Shown: one piece after another, positions 1 to 9,396 of the stretch
How the letters are laid out: the number at the start of each line of letters is the position of its first letter
Numbering within the stretch: the first letter of the stretch is position 1
Assembly (NCBI GenBank): GCA_963798485.1
Contig: CAWCTR010000023.1
Span: 73,863-137,862, forward strand
Source: an uncultured delta proteobacterium
GTDB taxonomy: Bacteria > Desulfobacterota > Desulfomonilia > UBA1062
Length of the DNA: 64,000 nt
Reading direction: 5' to 3'
The notes under the pieces: model-generated
What the model was told of the DNA's origin: nothing
The model's input: only the letters and a program-made list of their open reading frames with translations
The model's database searches: none
Translations under genes and position numbers: made by a program

Positions 1-347
1 ACCTCATCGTGGCTCAGGAACTGCGGCAGGTTTTCCCTGTGCTTGAGAGACCGCACATGGCCGAAGGGATTCATGGGCAGCTCTATGGAGTGCATCACAA
101 AGTCGAAGAACCCTTTAATGGAGCTCAGCTTGCGGTTGACCGAGGTGCGTGAGTAGTGCGACCGAAGATTAAGCATGTAGGAGCGCACCATGAGGCGGTC
201 CGGAAGGGAGGCCTGACGCTCGGTAATAAAGCAGATGAAATGTCTGATATCGCCCAGGTAAGCCCGGTATGTCTCGCCTGAAAGTCCTTTGTTGTCCAAC
301 AGGACAAGGGCATAGCGGTTCAGCAGGGTCTCATAGTCCGGATCCAT
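1..347 (-). CDS. XerC/XerD-family tyrosine recombinase, N-terminal part (runs off the window edge)
   Basis: Not in the ORF track. Manual translation from ATG at 347 gives MDPDYETLLNRYALVLLDNKGLSGETYRAYLGDIRHF...YSRTSVNRKLSSIKGFFDF...NPFGHVRSLKHRENLPQFLSHDE, typical of the Xer core-binding domain and the LP.FLS linker. Confidence 0.85.
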   Translation of the reverse strand, partial: MDPDYETLLNRYALVLLDNKGLSGETYRAYLGDIRHFICFITERQASLPDRLMVRSYMLNLRSHYSRTSVNRKLSSIKGFFDFVMHSIELPMNPFGHVRSLKHRENLPQFLSHDE

Positions 348-495
348 GGTGCGAACTTACACCCTGGAATTGTTTAAATCAAGGTCTCGATAGGCTGCCT
401 ATGCGGCTGTATTCCATTCTTGCCAATGAGGATGTCTTGTGAAATAGTAACAAGAGTAACCCTAAAAAAAGACATCCTAATCTGGAGGTGGCAAT

Positions 496-1785
496 ATGGC
501 GAACGTGGTGATTGTCGATGGAGTAAGGACAGCGGTAGGCGGCTTTGGGGGGACACTGAAGGATGTTCCGGCCAAGGAGCTTGGCGCGCTTGTTATTCAC
601 GAGGTCCTTAATAAGAATGGACTCAGGCCGGAAGTTTCCGTATCGAGCAAGGAATACGCGCCTGATGTTTTCAAGAATGCAGGCCTGTCGGTCATTGAAG
701 AGAAATACTCCGGCTGGTCCAAAGACCTCAAAGGTATCGTGATCGATGAAGTTATCATGGGCAACGTGCTCCAGGCAGGCCAGGGCCAGAATCCTGCCAG
801 GCAGGCCATGATCATGGCAGGGCTCCCCAAGGAGACGGGTGCATTCACCATCAACAAGGTCTGCGCATCGGGCATGAAGGCCATCGCCCTGGCTACGGCA
901 TCCATCATTGCAGGTGATAACAACGTCGTCATTGCAGGCGGCATGGAGAATATGAGCGACGTGCCCATCTCGCTGCCCAAGGCACGCTGGGGTTACCGCA
1001 TGGACATGCCCTATGGCAAGACCATGGACCTCATGGTGTTCGACGGCCTCTATGAGATCTTTTATGGCTATCACATGGGCATCACGGCCGAGAACATCGC
1101 CGAGAAATACGGCATCACCAGGGCCGAGCAGGACAAGATGGGTATCGACAGCCACATGCGCGCACTGGCTGCCATAAAATCCGGTATTTTGAAAGGCGAG
1201 ATCGTGCCGGTGAAGATCCCCAAGAAAAAGGGTGACGCATTAATATTTGACACGGACGAGCGTCCCATGGACACCACCCTGGAGAAGATGGGCAAGCTCG
1301 CCACTGTTTTCAAGAAGGACGGCACGGTCACGGCAGGCAACGCATCGGGCATCAATGATGCCGCGGCCGCCTGCCTGGTCATGAATGAAGACAAGGCCAA
1401 AGAGTTGGGGCTCAAGCCCATGGTCAGGATTAAGGGCTATGCAACAGGCGGAGTGGACCCGTCATATATGGGCCTCGGGCCAATCCCTGCAGTCAGGAAG
1501 CTGCTGAAGATCACCAAGACATCGGTGAAGGACTATGGCCTCTTCGAGGTGAATGAGGCCTTTGCATCACAGGCCATTGCCTGCATGCGGGAGCTGAACA
1601 TGGACTGGAACATCACGAATGTAAACGGCTCCGCAATCTCCATCGGCCACCCTATCGGCTGCACCGGTGCACGTATTATCATAGCGCTGGCCAACGAGAT
1701 GAAAAGGCGCGACATTGGGCTCGGCATGGCGTCGCTCTGCATCGGCGGTGGCATGGGAATGGCCATGGCCATTGAGCTTGTTTAA
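496..1785 (+). CDS. Acetyl-CoA C-acetyltransferase (thiolase)
   Basis: NKVCASG, NEAF, GHPIG and CIGGG motifs; GGAGG RBS upstream. Confidence 0.95.
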   Translation: MANVVIVDGVRTAVGGFGGTLKDVPAKELGALVIHEVLNKNGLRPEVSVSSKEYAPDVFKNAGLSVIEEKYSGWSKDLKGIVIDEVIMGNVLQAGQGQNPARQAMIMAGLPKETGAFTINKVCASGMKAIALATASIIAGDNNVVIAGGMENMSDVPISLPKARWGYRMDMPYGKTMDLMVFDGLYEIFYGYHMGITAENIAEKYGITRAEQDKMGIDSHMRALAAIKSGILKGEIVPVKIPKKKGDALIFDTDERPMDTTLEKMGKLATVFKKDGTVTAGNASGINDAAAACLVMNEDKAKELGLKPMVRIKGYATGGVDPSYMGLGPIPAVRKLLKITKTSVKDYGLFEVNEAFASQAIACMRELNMDWNITNVNGSAISIGHPIGCTGARIIIALANEMKRRDIGLGMASLCIGGGMGMAMAIELV

Positions 1786-1809
1786 GAAAAGGAAGAGTGA
1801 AAAGGGGTT

Positions 1810-1830
1810 GCCCCCCCACGGTGGGGGGGC
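1810..1830. terminator. GC-rich hairpin between convergent genes (possible terminator)
   Basis: GCCCCCCCAC-G-GTGGGGGGGC perfect inverted repeat between the thiolase and S8 peptidase stops. Confidence 0.6.
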
Positions 1831-1841
1831 TGGGGTATAGG

Positions 1842-3206
1842 TTATTCCAGATCCTTCCTCCGAATGACCTGGAATACGACTATCGTAATCATGAACAGGA
1901 TTGCCGAGCCACAAGTGCCTGTAGCGGTATGGGCCGTCTCGATGAGACATCCGCCCCCGCTACTTCCGCCATCGGAAGCGCTCGCAACCGCAGTGTTTGT
2001 ATCGTTTGCCTGTGGAGATTCCTGTGCGGATTTCGTTGAGGTATCAAGGCTTCCCTCGGTAAGGAGCGCCTCATAGGCGTTTACGCAACCACCGCTTGAA
2101 ACCATGCTCGACCCGGCGCTCGGGATCTTGGTTGCCGAATTCAAAATGGCTTCCCTCAACGACTTGTAACCCATATTAGGCGATTGGGAGAGCACCATTG
2201 CAGCAATGCCGGCAACAAAGGGCGTAGCAAAAGAGGTCCCTGCTGCATTGGAAACATAGCCGCTATTTATAGTAGTGGTCGTAATCCCGACCCCGGGCGC
2301 CATGATTTGTACGGTTTTCAGTCCGTAATTTGAGAACGATGCAAGGCTGCCATCGGTGTCCATTGCGGCAACTGCTATGACATTGTCATAGGGACAGTTG
2401 GATGGGTAGTGGCCTGTAGTGTCGTTATTCTGCCCGTTGTTCCCTGCGGATGCAACAAACAGCACCCCCTTGTTCCTTGCGTATGCAATTGCATCATCCA
2501 ATGCACTGGATTGATCATAAAAGCCCCAGCTTGCATTGATGATCTCTGCACCGTGATCGACGGCATAGTAGATGGCATCTATTGCATCCGAAAGATTCCC
2601 TGTAGTCTCGCCGTTGTTGAGCTTCATGAACTTGACTGGCATGATGGCAATGTTCACATCCCAGGCCACCCCTGCTATACCGATTCCATTATTGCCGGCA
2701 GCCCCGAGGATGCCGCACACCTTGGTGCCATGGCCTGCGTCGTCTTCCGGTGTATCGTCATGGTTCGCGAAATCGTACCCGGGTAGTAACCTGCCCTGCA
2801 GATCAGGGTGATCCATATCCACCCCTGAATCGACTACGGCAACGACAACCTGCTGGCCTGTGCCCTGTTTTGTTATGAGGTCCCAAGCATCTTCAAGCCC
2901 GAGTTGGCTCCACTCATCATCTGGATATGGCCAGTCATCCGGGACCGTCTCAGCCTTGATGATGTAGTTCGGTTCCGCATACTCGACATCATCGCTTGCC
3001 CTGAGCTCTTTTATAGCCTTGTCGGCATCGTCCACTGCAACGGCTATCGGCCGCTCTTCCACCAAGGCTTCTGATGAAAGACCTTGTGGGTTCTTTGTCT
3101 TGAATTTCACGATGACCTCGTCCGTGCGATAATTTGCAGCATTGAGCGAAAAGGCCGACAGGATGAAAACCAGGATGCCGAGAGAAAATGTTCTATAGTC
3201 TTTCAC
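1842..3206 (-). CDS. Secreted subtilisin-like S8 serine peptidase with a C-terminal Gly-rich/Cys/TM/basic tail
   Basis: Signal peptide, propeptide, catalytic VVDSG, GHGT, AGN and GTSFATP; C-terminus GGSSGGGCLIETA...hydrophobic helix...RRK. Confidence 0.92.
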   Translation of the reverse strand: MKDYRTFSLGILVFILSAFSLNAANYRTDEVIVKFKTKNPQGLSSEALVEERPIAVAVDDADKAIKELRASDDVEYAEPNYIIKAETVPDDWPYPDDEWSQLGLEDAWDLITKQGTGQQVVVAVVDSGVDMDHPDLQGRLLPGYDFANHDDTPEDDAGHGTKVCGILGAAGNNGIGIAGVAWDVNIAIMPVKFMKLNNGETTGNLSDAIDAIYYAVDHGAEIINASWGFYDQSSALDDAIAYARNKGVLFVASAGNNGQNNDTTGHYPSNCPYDNVIAVAAMDTDGSLASFSNYGLKTVQIMAPGVGITTTTINSGYVSNAAGTSFATPFVAGIAAMVLSQSPNMGYKSLREAILNSATKIPSAGSSMVSSGGCVNAYEALLTEGSLDTSTKSAQESPQANDTNTAVASASDGGSSGGGCLIETAHTATGTCGSAILFMITIVVFQVIRRKDLE

Positions 3207-3245
3207 CTTATACCCCCCTGATCGTTGATGATCTGGGTTGACTAA

Positions 3246-3262
3246 GGCAAGGCGGATGCCAA
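3246..3262 (-). promoter_or_regulatory. Sigma54 (-24/-12) promoter of the S8 peptidase
   Basis: Minus strand reads TTGGCAT-CCGCC-TTGCC, matching TGGCAC-N5-TTGC about 40 nt upstream of the start; IHF-like TAACAATACGTTA at 3302-3314. Confidence 0.75.
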
Positions 3263-3455
3263 GATATTTGATGCCGGATGATTATTATGATTACATAATA
3301 ATAACAATACGTTAAAGTGAATTAAATGGGCTTATGGCTCTTTATTGACGGTTACACAAGTTGCAGCATGGTATTCTGAATTACAATCAGTGGAATCTGT
3401 TATGTAACCGGCATGTAACTGAACAGGTGATTCAGGGCAGGTTAAACTATTTGTA

Positions 3456-4256
3456 TTATGATCTCCCCTTGAGCAGTTCCTCATAACCCTTGCTGAACAA
3501 GTGATACTGCTCAGGTGTTATTTCCTGAGGCCGCGCTCCAAGATTGATGCCCGCATACCCACAGAGCTTCTCAAGGGCTTCTTCATCCATGGACGGTAGT
3601 TGCGACAGCGTGTTCCTGAGGGTCTTCCTCCTCTGGCCGAAGGCCTTGGAAACTACACGCCGGAACACCTCCATATCAGACTGGGGTATGGGAGAGCTTT
3701 TCGGCGTGAGCTTGATTACCTGGGAATCAACCTTGGGCCGGGGGAAAAAATTGTTCGGCCCGACAATAAACCCGGGTGATGCATCGAATCCGGCTGAGAC
3801 TATTACGCTCAACAAGGAATAGGTCCTGTCTCCGACATGCGCACAGATCCTTTGCCCGACCTCCTTTTGGATCATGACGACAACCGATTGGATGCGCCCG
3901 GCATGATCTATGAGCCGCATGATAAGCTGTGTTGCAATGTTGTAGGGTAGGTTGGAGACTATCTTGGCCCCATGGGGAATAATCCGGCCCAAGTCGCTTT
4001 CTAAAATGTCCTGGTGAACAAGCTGCAGGTTACTGAAATCCCTTAGACCCACGCCCAGCTGCTCAAAAAGCTTGTCGTCCTTCTCGATGGCGATGACCTT
4101 TGATGCGTACTTGAGGAGCACCCGGGTCAGCATGCCCCTGCCGGGCCCGACCTCCACAACCATATCCTTTTTGCCGATGTCGGCAAGGGATGCCATCTTC
4201 TCGGCAATCCCGATATTTTTCAGGAAGTTCTGAGAGAGGGAGCGTTTTGGTCTCAT
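3456..4256 (-). CDS. rsmA: 16S rRNA (A1518/A1519) dimethyltransferase
   Basis: SLSQNFL, EVGPGRG, SNLPYN, MIQKEV, FFPRPKVDS and QRRKTLRN motifs. Confidence 0.95.
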   Translation of the reverse strand: MRPKRSLSQNFLKNIGIAEKMASLADIGKKDMVVEVGPGRGMLTRVLLKYASKVIAIEKDDKLFEQLGVGLRDFSNLQLVHQDILESDLGRIIPHGAKIVSNLPYNIATQLIMRLIDHAGRIQSVVVMIQKEVGQRICAHVGDRTYSLLSVIVSAGFDASPGFIVGPNNFFPRPKVDSQVIKLTPKSSPIPQSDMEVFRRVVSKAFGQRRKTLRNTLSQLPSMDEEALEKLCGYAGINLGARPQEITPEQYHLFSKGYEELLKGRS

Positions 4257-4317
4257 AATAATTGTTTACCTCATGTAGCAGGGCAATTCCAGTCAAAGGC
4301 AATGGGGCTTATTTATC

Positions 4318-5391
4318 TCACCCCGTTATGGATGACCACCTCGATACGGCATTCATATCAAGATCCGCAAAATGACCGTCCCTGAAGTGCCTGATGCCGG
4401 CGATGCCGATCATGGCTGCGTTGTCGGTGCAATATTTCCTTTCCGGGATGACGAGACGTATCCCGGAGAGGCCTGCCTTCTCTTTCATGGCCTCCCGCAG
4501 GGCGGTGTTGCTTGCCACACCGCCGGCGACCACTATGAGGCCTATGCCGGTATCCTTTGCGGCCCTGATGGTCTTGGTTACGAGCACATCCACTACTGCT
4601 GCCTGAAAGGCGGCCGAGATTTCGGGTATAAGGTGTTCTTTGCCGGGCTTTGGTTTCTTTGCCTCGGGCAAGCCTGAAAATCTCAGGTCGAGCCCTTCGA
4701 AGATATCGGACTTTATCACAAGGTTCAGGACCGCTGTCTTGAGGCCCGAGAAACTGAAGTCATAACTGTGATCATTCATCAGAGGCCTTGGTAGGTTGAT
4801 GGAACCATGGTCTATCCCCCTGGATATCTTTTCAATGATCACCCCTCCGGGATAACCCAGGTTTAAAAGCTTGGCAACCTTGTCAAAGGCCTCTCCTGCA
4901 GCGTCATCGATGGTCTGGCCGATCTGGGTGATATCGGATTCGCTTTTAACATGATAGAGCGATGTATGGCCCCCGGAGACCACCATGCCCAGGTGCGGGT
5001 AGGTCAGCTCGGCGCCGATTTTGGCGGCACAGAGATGACCCTCAAGGTGGTTGATCCCGCACAGAGGGATGGAAAGGCCATAGGCCAGGGCCTTGGCATA
5101 GGAAATACCCACCAATAAGGCCCCGATAAGGCCCGGTCCCTGTGTGACTGCGATCCCGTCGAGGCGGGTCAGGCTTATATCCGCCTGATGAAGCGCCTCA
5201 TCCACAACAGGGACGATGAGCTCGATATGCCTGCGGGATGCGATCTCAGGCACCACGCCGCCGAACACGGCATGGTCTTCAATCTGGCTCGCCACAACGT
5301 TTGACAGGATCTCGCCTTGAGTCGTGACTACAGCGGCTGCGGTCTCGTCGCAGGAGGTCTCGATGGCAAGGAGGTATCGTGTCTCGCTCAT
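4318..5391 (-). CDS. tsaD: tRNA t6A37 threonylcarbamoyltransferase TsaD
   Basis: IETSCDET, GGVVPEIASRRH, NHLEGH, SGGHT, DDAAGEAFDK and CTDNAAMI motifs. Confidence 0.97.
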   Translation of the reverse strand: MSETRYLLAIETSCDETAAAVVTTQGEILSNVVASQIEDHAVFGGVVPEIASRRHIELIVPVVDEALHQADISLTRLDGIAVTQGPGLIGALLVGISYAKALAYGLSIPLCGINHLEGHLCAAKIGAELTYPHLGMVVSGGHTSLYHVKSESDITQIGQTIDDAAGEAFDKVAKLLNLGYPGGVIIEKISRGIDHGSINLPRPLMNDHSYDFSFSGLKTAVLNLVIKSDIFEGLDLRFSGLPEAKKPKPGKEHLIPEISAAFQAAVVDVLVTKTIRAAKDTGIGLIVVAGGVASNTALREAMKEKAGLSGIRLVIPERKYCTDNAAMIGIAGIRHFRDGHFADLDMNAVSRWSSITG

Positions 5392-5434
5392 GGCTTTTCT
5401 CGTTGAGGTATGTGTCTGTCCGGCCGATTGTGGT

Positions 5435-5974
5435 TTAGGATGAGAGGTCGTGACGTGTCAGCAGCGAGCGTACCTCGTACCCCAGGGCCTCAATGGCCTC
5501 TTTGCCGCCCTCGCACCGGTCGAACACGGCCACTACCAATTCGATCTCCATACCTGCCTCCTTGATGCGCTCGATGGCGGCAATCGTACTGGCGCCCGTG
5601 GTGATGACATCCTCCACGACCAGGGCCCGCTGGCCGGCCACAACAGGCCCCTCGATAACATTACCCGTACCGTGGGTCTTCTGGGACTTGCGCACGAGAA
5701 AGGCCATGATCTCCCTGCCTTCCTGATAAGCAGCCAGGCTGGTGGCGACGGCAATGGGGTCGGCGCCCACAGACATGCCACCCACGGCATCCACCTTCCT
5801 GTCCTTGATGAGGTCATAGGTGAGTGAGCCTATAATGGAGGCCCCCACAGGGTTTAGCGTGACCTTGCGCAGATCAACGTAGATGTCCGACTCCTTGCCC
5901 GATGACAGGATGAACTTGCCGAACTTCACTGCATCGCGCTTGACGATTTGTTTAAGCTGATCGGTTTTATTCAT
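5435..5974 (-). CDS. pyrE: Orotate phosphoribosyltransferase
   Basis: FILSSGKES.IYVD, RK..K.HG and the PRPP-binding VEDVITTGAS; start placed at the ATG overlapping the purB end. Confidence 0.95.
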   Translation of the reverse strand: MNKTDQLKQIVKRDAVKFGKFILSSGKESDIYVDLRKVTLNPVGASIIGSLTYDLIKDRKVDAVGGMSVGADPIAVATSLAAYQEGREIMAFLVRKSQKTHGTGNVIEGPVVAGQRALVVEDVITTGASTIAAIERIKEAGMEIELVVAVFDRCEGGKEAIEALGYEVRSLLTRHDLSS

Positions 5975-7262
5975 GGAAGACCCTTTCAAAGATGGTGTTT
6001 ATGTGGGCTAGGTGGTGGGAGAGGTCGAAGAGGTCATCGATCTGTTTTTTCCCGAGCACCTTCCCGATTGCCTTATCCTTCTTGAGGAGCGCCTTGAAAT
6101 CCGCATCACCCTCCCAGACTTTAAGCGCGTTGCGCTGGACCAGCGCATAGGCATCATCGCGGGCCATGCCCTTGTCCACCAGCGCCAGCAGGACATTCTG
6201 GGAATGCCAAAGGCCCTTGGTGAGCTCCAGGTTCTTCTTGATGTTCTCAGGAAAGACCACGAGCCCTTCGATGATGCCCGTGAGCCTGACAAGCATGAAA
6301 TCCAGCACCGTGGTCGCATCCGGCCCGATCACCCTCTCAACGCTGCTGTGGCTGATATCGCGCTCATGCCAGAGCGCCACGTTCTCCAGGGCTGATATGC
6401 AGTATCCGCGGAGAAGCCGGGCCAGCCCGGTGATATTCTCGCTTCCGATGGGGTTCTTCTTGTGCGGCATGGCCGACGATCCCTTCTGCCCCTTGCCGAA
6501 AGGCTCCATGGCCTCCAGCACCTCGGTGCGCTGGAGGTGCCTGATCTCGGTGGCGATCTTTTCAGCCGTTGCGCCTATAATGGCCAGCGTTGCGAAGAAC
6601 TCCGCATGCCTGTCCCGCTGGAGGATCTGGGTGCTTATAGATGCAGGCTTGAGGCCAAGCTTTTTGCACACGTACTCCTCCACCGCAGGCGGCACGTTGG
6701 CAAAGGTACCTACCGCCCCTGAGATCTTCCCATAGGAGATCACCGTGAGGGCCTGGAGCATGCGCGTGAGGTTCCGCTCCATTTCCGAATACCAGAGTGC
6801 GAATTTCAACCCAAAGGTGATGGGCTCTGCATGGATGCCATGGGACCTGCCCATGGCAGGGGTGTCTTTGAATTCGTAGGCCCTTTTTTTCAGCGACTCC
6901 ATCAGTGCCTTGATGTCTTCGATGATCACCTTGCCGCTCTCTTTAAGGAGCATGGAATAGGCCGTGTCCAGAATATCCGATGAGGTGAGCCCCATGTGGA
7001 TGAACCGGGCGTCCTCACCCACATGTTCAGCTACACAGCTCACAAAGGCGATGACGTCATGACGGGTTATGGCCTCGATCTCTTCGATGCGCTCCACGGT
7101 GAAGCAGGCCTTTCCCCTGATGGTCGCAAGACTTTTTTTCGGGATCTTGCCGAGTTTCGCCCATGCCTCGCATACGGCCAATTCCACATCGAGCCACTTC
7201 TGATAGCGGTTCTCCTCCGACCAGATCCCGGACAACTGTTTCCTGGTATATCGTGGTATCAC
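5967..7262 (-). CDS. purB: Adenylosuccinate lyase
   Basis: MIPRY start, TRHDV, GRSHGIHAEP and GSSAMPHKKNP signature. Confidence 0.97.
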   Translation of the reverse strand: MIPRYTRKQLSGIWSEENRYQKWLDVELAVCEAWAKLGKIPKKSLATIRGKACFTVERIEEIEAITRHDVIAFVSCVAEHVGEDARFIHMGLTSSDILDTAYSMLLKESGKVIIEDIKALMESLKKRAYEFKDTPAMGRSHGIHAEPITFGLKFALWYSEMERNLTRMLQALTVISYGKISGAVGTFANVPPAVEEYVCKKLGLKPASISTQILQRDRHAEFFATLAIIGATAEKIATEIRHLQRTEVLEAMEPFGKGQKGSSAMPHKKNPIGSENITGLARLLRGYCISALENVALWHERDISHSSVERVIGPDATTVLDFMLVRLTGIIEGLVVFPENIKKNLELTKGLWHSQNVLLALVDKGMARDDAYALVQRNALKVWEGDADFKALLKKDKAIGKVLGKKQIDDLFDLSHHLAHINTIFERVFHE

Positions 7263-8182
7263 TTCTTTCTGACCCTCCGGTCTATCATATAGTTGCTGCC
7301 TTCGAGTTCTTTGATATGCTTCTTGATGTCAGTGGCATCCTGGGAGGCCTGGCCGTAGTGGGTGTAGTGCCCGTCTACATTCAGCACGACAGCCAACGAG
7401 ATGGACATCATGGGGTATTTCCGCACCACGCCGTTCCTGCCGGTTGAAATGATGCCCCCTTGATCAAGGTCATCATCATTATAGAAATTTTTTATGACCA
7501 TATCGAACCTTGATATCACCTCTTCGCACAGAGACCGTATATAATTCTCCGGGCAGATAAACACGAAGTCGTCCCCGCCCACATGGCCCACAAAGGTCTT
7601 TTCATCCCTGAGCTCTTTGAGAGCATTCGTGATAATCCTGCCTGTGGCGATAAGGACTTCATCGCCCCGTGAAAAACCGTAGCGGTCATTAAAGGGCTTA
7701 AAGTTATCGATGTCGACCCATGTGATGGCGATCTCATCGGCTGCGTCCAACTTGTCCTGGATGCACCGGATTATGGATTCATTGCCGGGCAGCCTGGTGA
7801 GGGGGTTCATACCCACATCCCTTACAGAGCGCTTGGATATGAATTCGAGCCGCCTCTTGATGGCAATGTCGGCATCGTTGATAATGATATAGTCATCAAT
7901 GGGGTTATCCTGCCAGGATACATGTTCCAACGAACCCTTTTCCATCAGGGCGACAATGGGGACATGCCCAAAGATGGTATTGCTCCTGAATTCCCGGACA
8001 ATCCCACCCCCCTTGGTCAACAGATACCCGCCGTCAATGAGGATAAGGTCAGGAGGGTCCATGTAGATCATGGAGATAACGTCCTGGCTTGCCATCAAGA
8101 CCTGAAACGAGTCGAACATGGGACCGATGAGCTCGCTGAAGCGACTATCCGCACTTTTCTCTACGATAAAAACGGCCCTCAC
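7259..8182 (-). CDS. Diguanylate cyclase-family protein (degenerate receiver + GGDEF domain)
   Basis: NPLTRLPGN, DIDNFKPFNDRYGFSRGD and HVGGDDF; N-terminal REC-like fold lacking the full canonical residue set. Confidence 0.85.
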   Translation of the reverse strand: MRAVFIVEKSADSRFSELIGPMFDSFQVLMASQDVISMIYMDPPDLILIDGGYLLTKGGGIVREFRSNTIFGHVPIVALMEKGSLEHVSWQDNPIDDYIIINDADIAIKRRLEFISKRSVRDVGMNPLTRLPGNESIIRCIQDKLDAADEIAITWVDIDNFKPFNDRYGFSRGDEVLIATGRIITNALKELRDEKTFVGHVGGDDFVFICPENYIRSLCEEVISRFDMVIKNFYNDDDLDQGGIISTGRNGVVRKYPMMSISLAVVLNVDGHYTHYGQASQDATDIKKHIKELEGSNYMIDRRVRKK

Positions 8183-8186
8183 CGCA

Positions 8187-9032
8187 TCACCCCGCCGGCG
8201 CCTGCTGAAACATCTCCACTTCCTCGAGATCTTCCATGATTTTTTTCATGAGTTTTGGCAGGTCTACTTTATCCATCCCTATGTTGTCCCAGGCCTTACG
8301 CGAGATCTGCCCCACCCAGGGGTCGCCGCCGTTTCCCACGCCGCAGGCCCTTACAAAGGCATCGGCGATGTGCACCACTGCCACCCTGTCCTTGAACTTC
8401 AATGCCCCGTCAGGGTCGTGGTGGCCGGCAATGGGAACCGAAAGCTTTTCCGGGAGGTTCCATTCCCTTGAAAGCCATAGCCCGATCTCGGCATGATCCA
8501 CTTCCAGGATTTCGAGCTCGGCCTCCCTGAAGGAAATCTGCTTGGCATTCACCACGTCCACGATCTTGTCATAGTCCGTGCTCAGGGAGACCCTCACCAG
8601 GAGCTTACCGATATCGTGGAGCAGGGCTGCGGTGGATATCTCCTCAGGTTCGTTTAAACCTAAAGCCCTGCTGATAGTGCCTGAAGCGATGGCCGAGCCC
8701 AGCGAGTGCCCCCAGAGACCTACCATGGAGCGTTCCATCAGGTCAAAGACCGAGGCCGAGAGCACCACGCCCTTGATTACGTTGAACCCTAAGAGGATAA
8801 TGGCGTGGCTGATGGATGAGATCCTGCCCGGGAACCCATAAAAGGATGAGTTTACGAGCTTGAGCACGCGCGCCCCCAGGATCTGGTCGGATGAGATAAG
8901 CTTGCCGACGTCTTTGGGCGAGACATCAGGGCTTTCCACCATTGTCATGAGCTTCTCCACCACCTTGGGAAGCGTTGGCAGGCTCTGGATCTTCCGGGCG
9001 AGCACCTTCAAATGCTGGACCTTTGTGCTCAT
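8187..9032 (-). CDS. HDOD domain protein
   Basis: LPTLP, LKLVNSSFYG, LLHDIGK, DHAEIG..L...WNLP and HH motifs. Confidence 0.92.
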   Translation of the reverse strand: MSTKVQHLKVLARKIQSLPTLPKVVEKLMTMVESPDVSPKDVGKLISSDQILGARVLKLVNSSFYGFPGRISSISHAIILLGFNVIKGVVLSASVFDLMERSMVGLWGHSLGSAIASGTISRALGLNEPEEISTAALLHDIGKLLVRVSLSTDYDKIVDVVNAKQISFREAELEILEVDHAEIGLWLSREWNLPEKLSVPIAGHHDPDGALKFKDRVAVVHIADAFVRACGVGNGGDPWVGQISRKAWDNIGMDKVDLPKLMKKIMEDLEEVEMFQQAPAG

Positions 9033-9376
9033 GGATGTCCTCCTTCCCCGTTAGTATCACCTTCCCTATCCGTCTCGAGAGCCATGAGGGCGCTTTGTGC
9101 AGCAGAAAGAATCTTTTGCATGAGAGGGTCCCCTTGAACCCGGGAGAACCTTGCCCTGAGCTCCTCTATTTTTTGCTCCTTGGTTTTTGTCTCGCCGCCG
9201 AGATTCACAGGGTGCCCCTTGAGGATTACATGAGACACATTCATCCGTATGAGGCGCTCGATAATGGTCTCGCTCAGCTCTGTGTCCTCGGCACACAGCG
9301 CCATGCCTGCATCATTGGTTATGGGTTTGGCCAGCACCATACCGGGTTTTACCAGTTCTATGGGGACCTTCTGCAT
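9029..9376 (-). CDS. Small conserved hypothetical protein resembling the N-terminal module of HD-GYP/HDOD signalling proteins
   Basis: AAGGAGG RBS before ATG 9376; VKPGMVLAKPI...L...IIERL pattern; overlaps the HDOD start. Confidence 0.7.
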   Translation of the reverse strand: MQKVPIELVKPGMVLAKPITNDAGMALCAEDTELSETIIERLIRMNVSHVILKGHPVNLGGETKTKEQKIEELRARFSRVQGDPLMQKILSAAQSALMALETDREGDTNGEGGHP

Positions 9377-9396
9377 GAGAGCCTCCTTTAAGGAAT

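Noticed and set aside
348-379. dif-like sequence GGTGCG...TTAAAT just upstream of the Xer gene
   Set aside because: It spans 32 bp rather than 28, and the inner CATAA/TTATG arms are missing.
600-750. About 35-aa insertion near the thiolase N-terminus
   Set aside because: In frame, no intein or repeat features, catalytic motifs intact; probably a lineage-specific loop.
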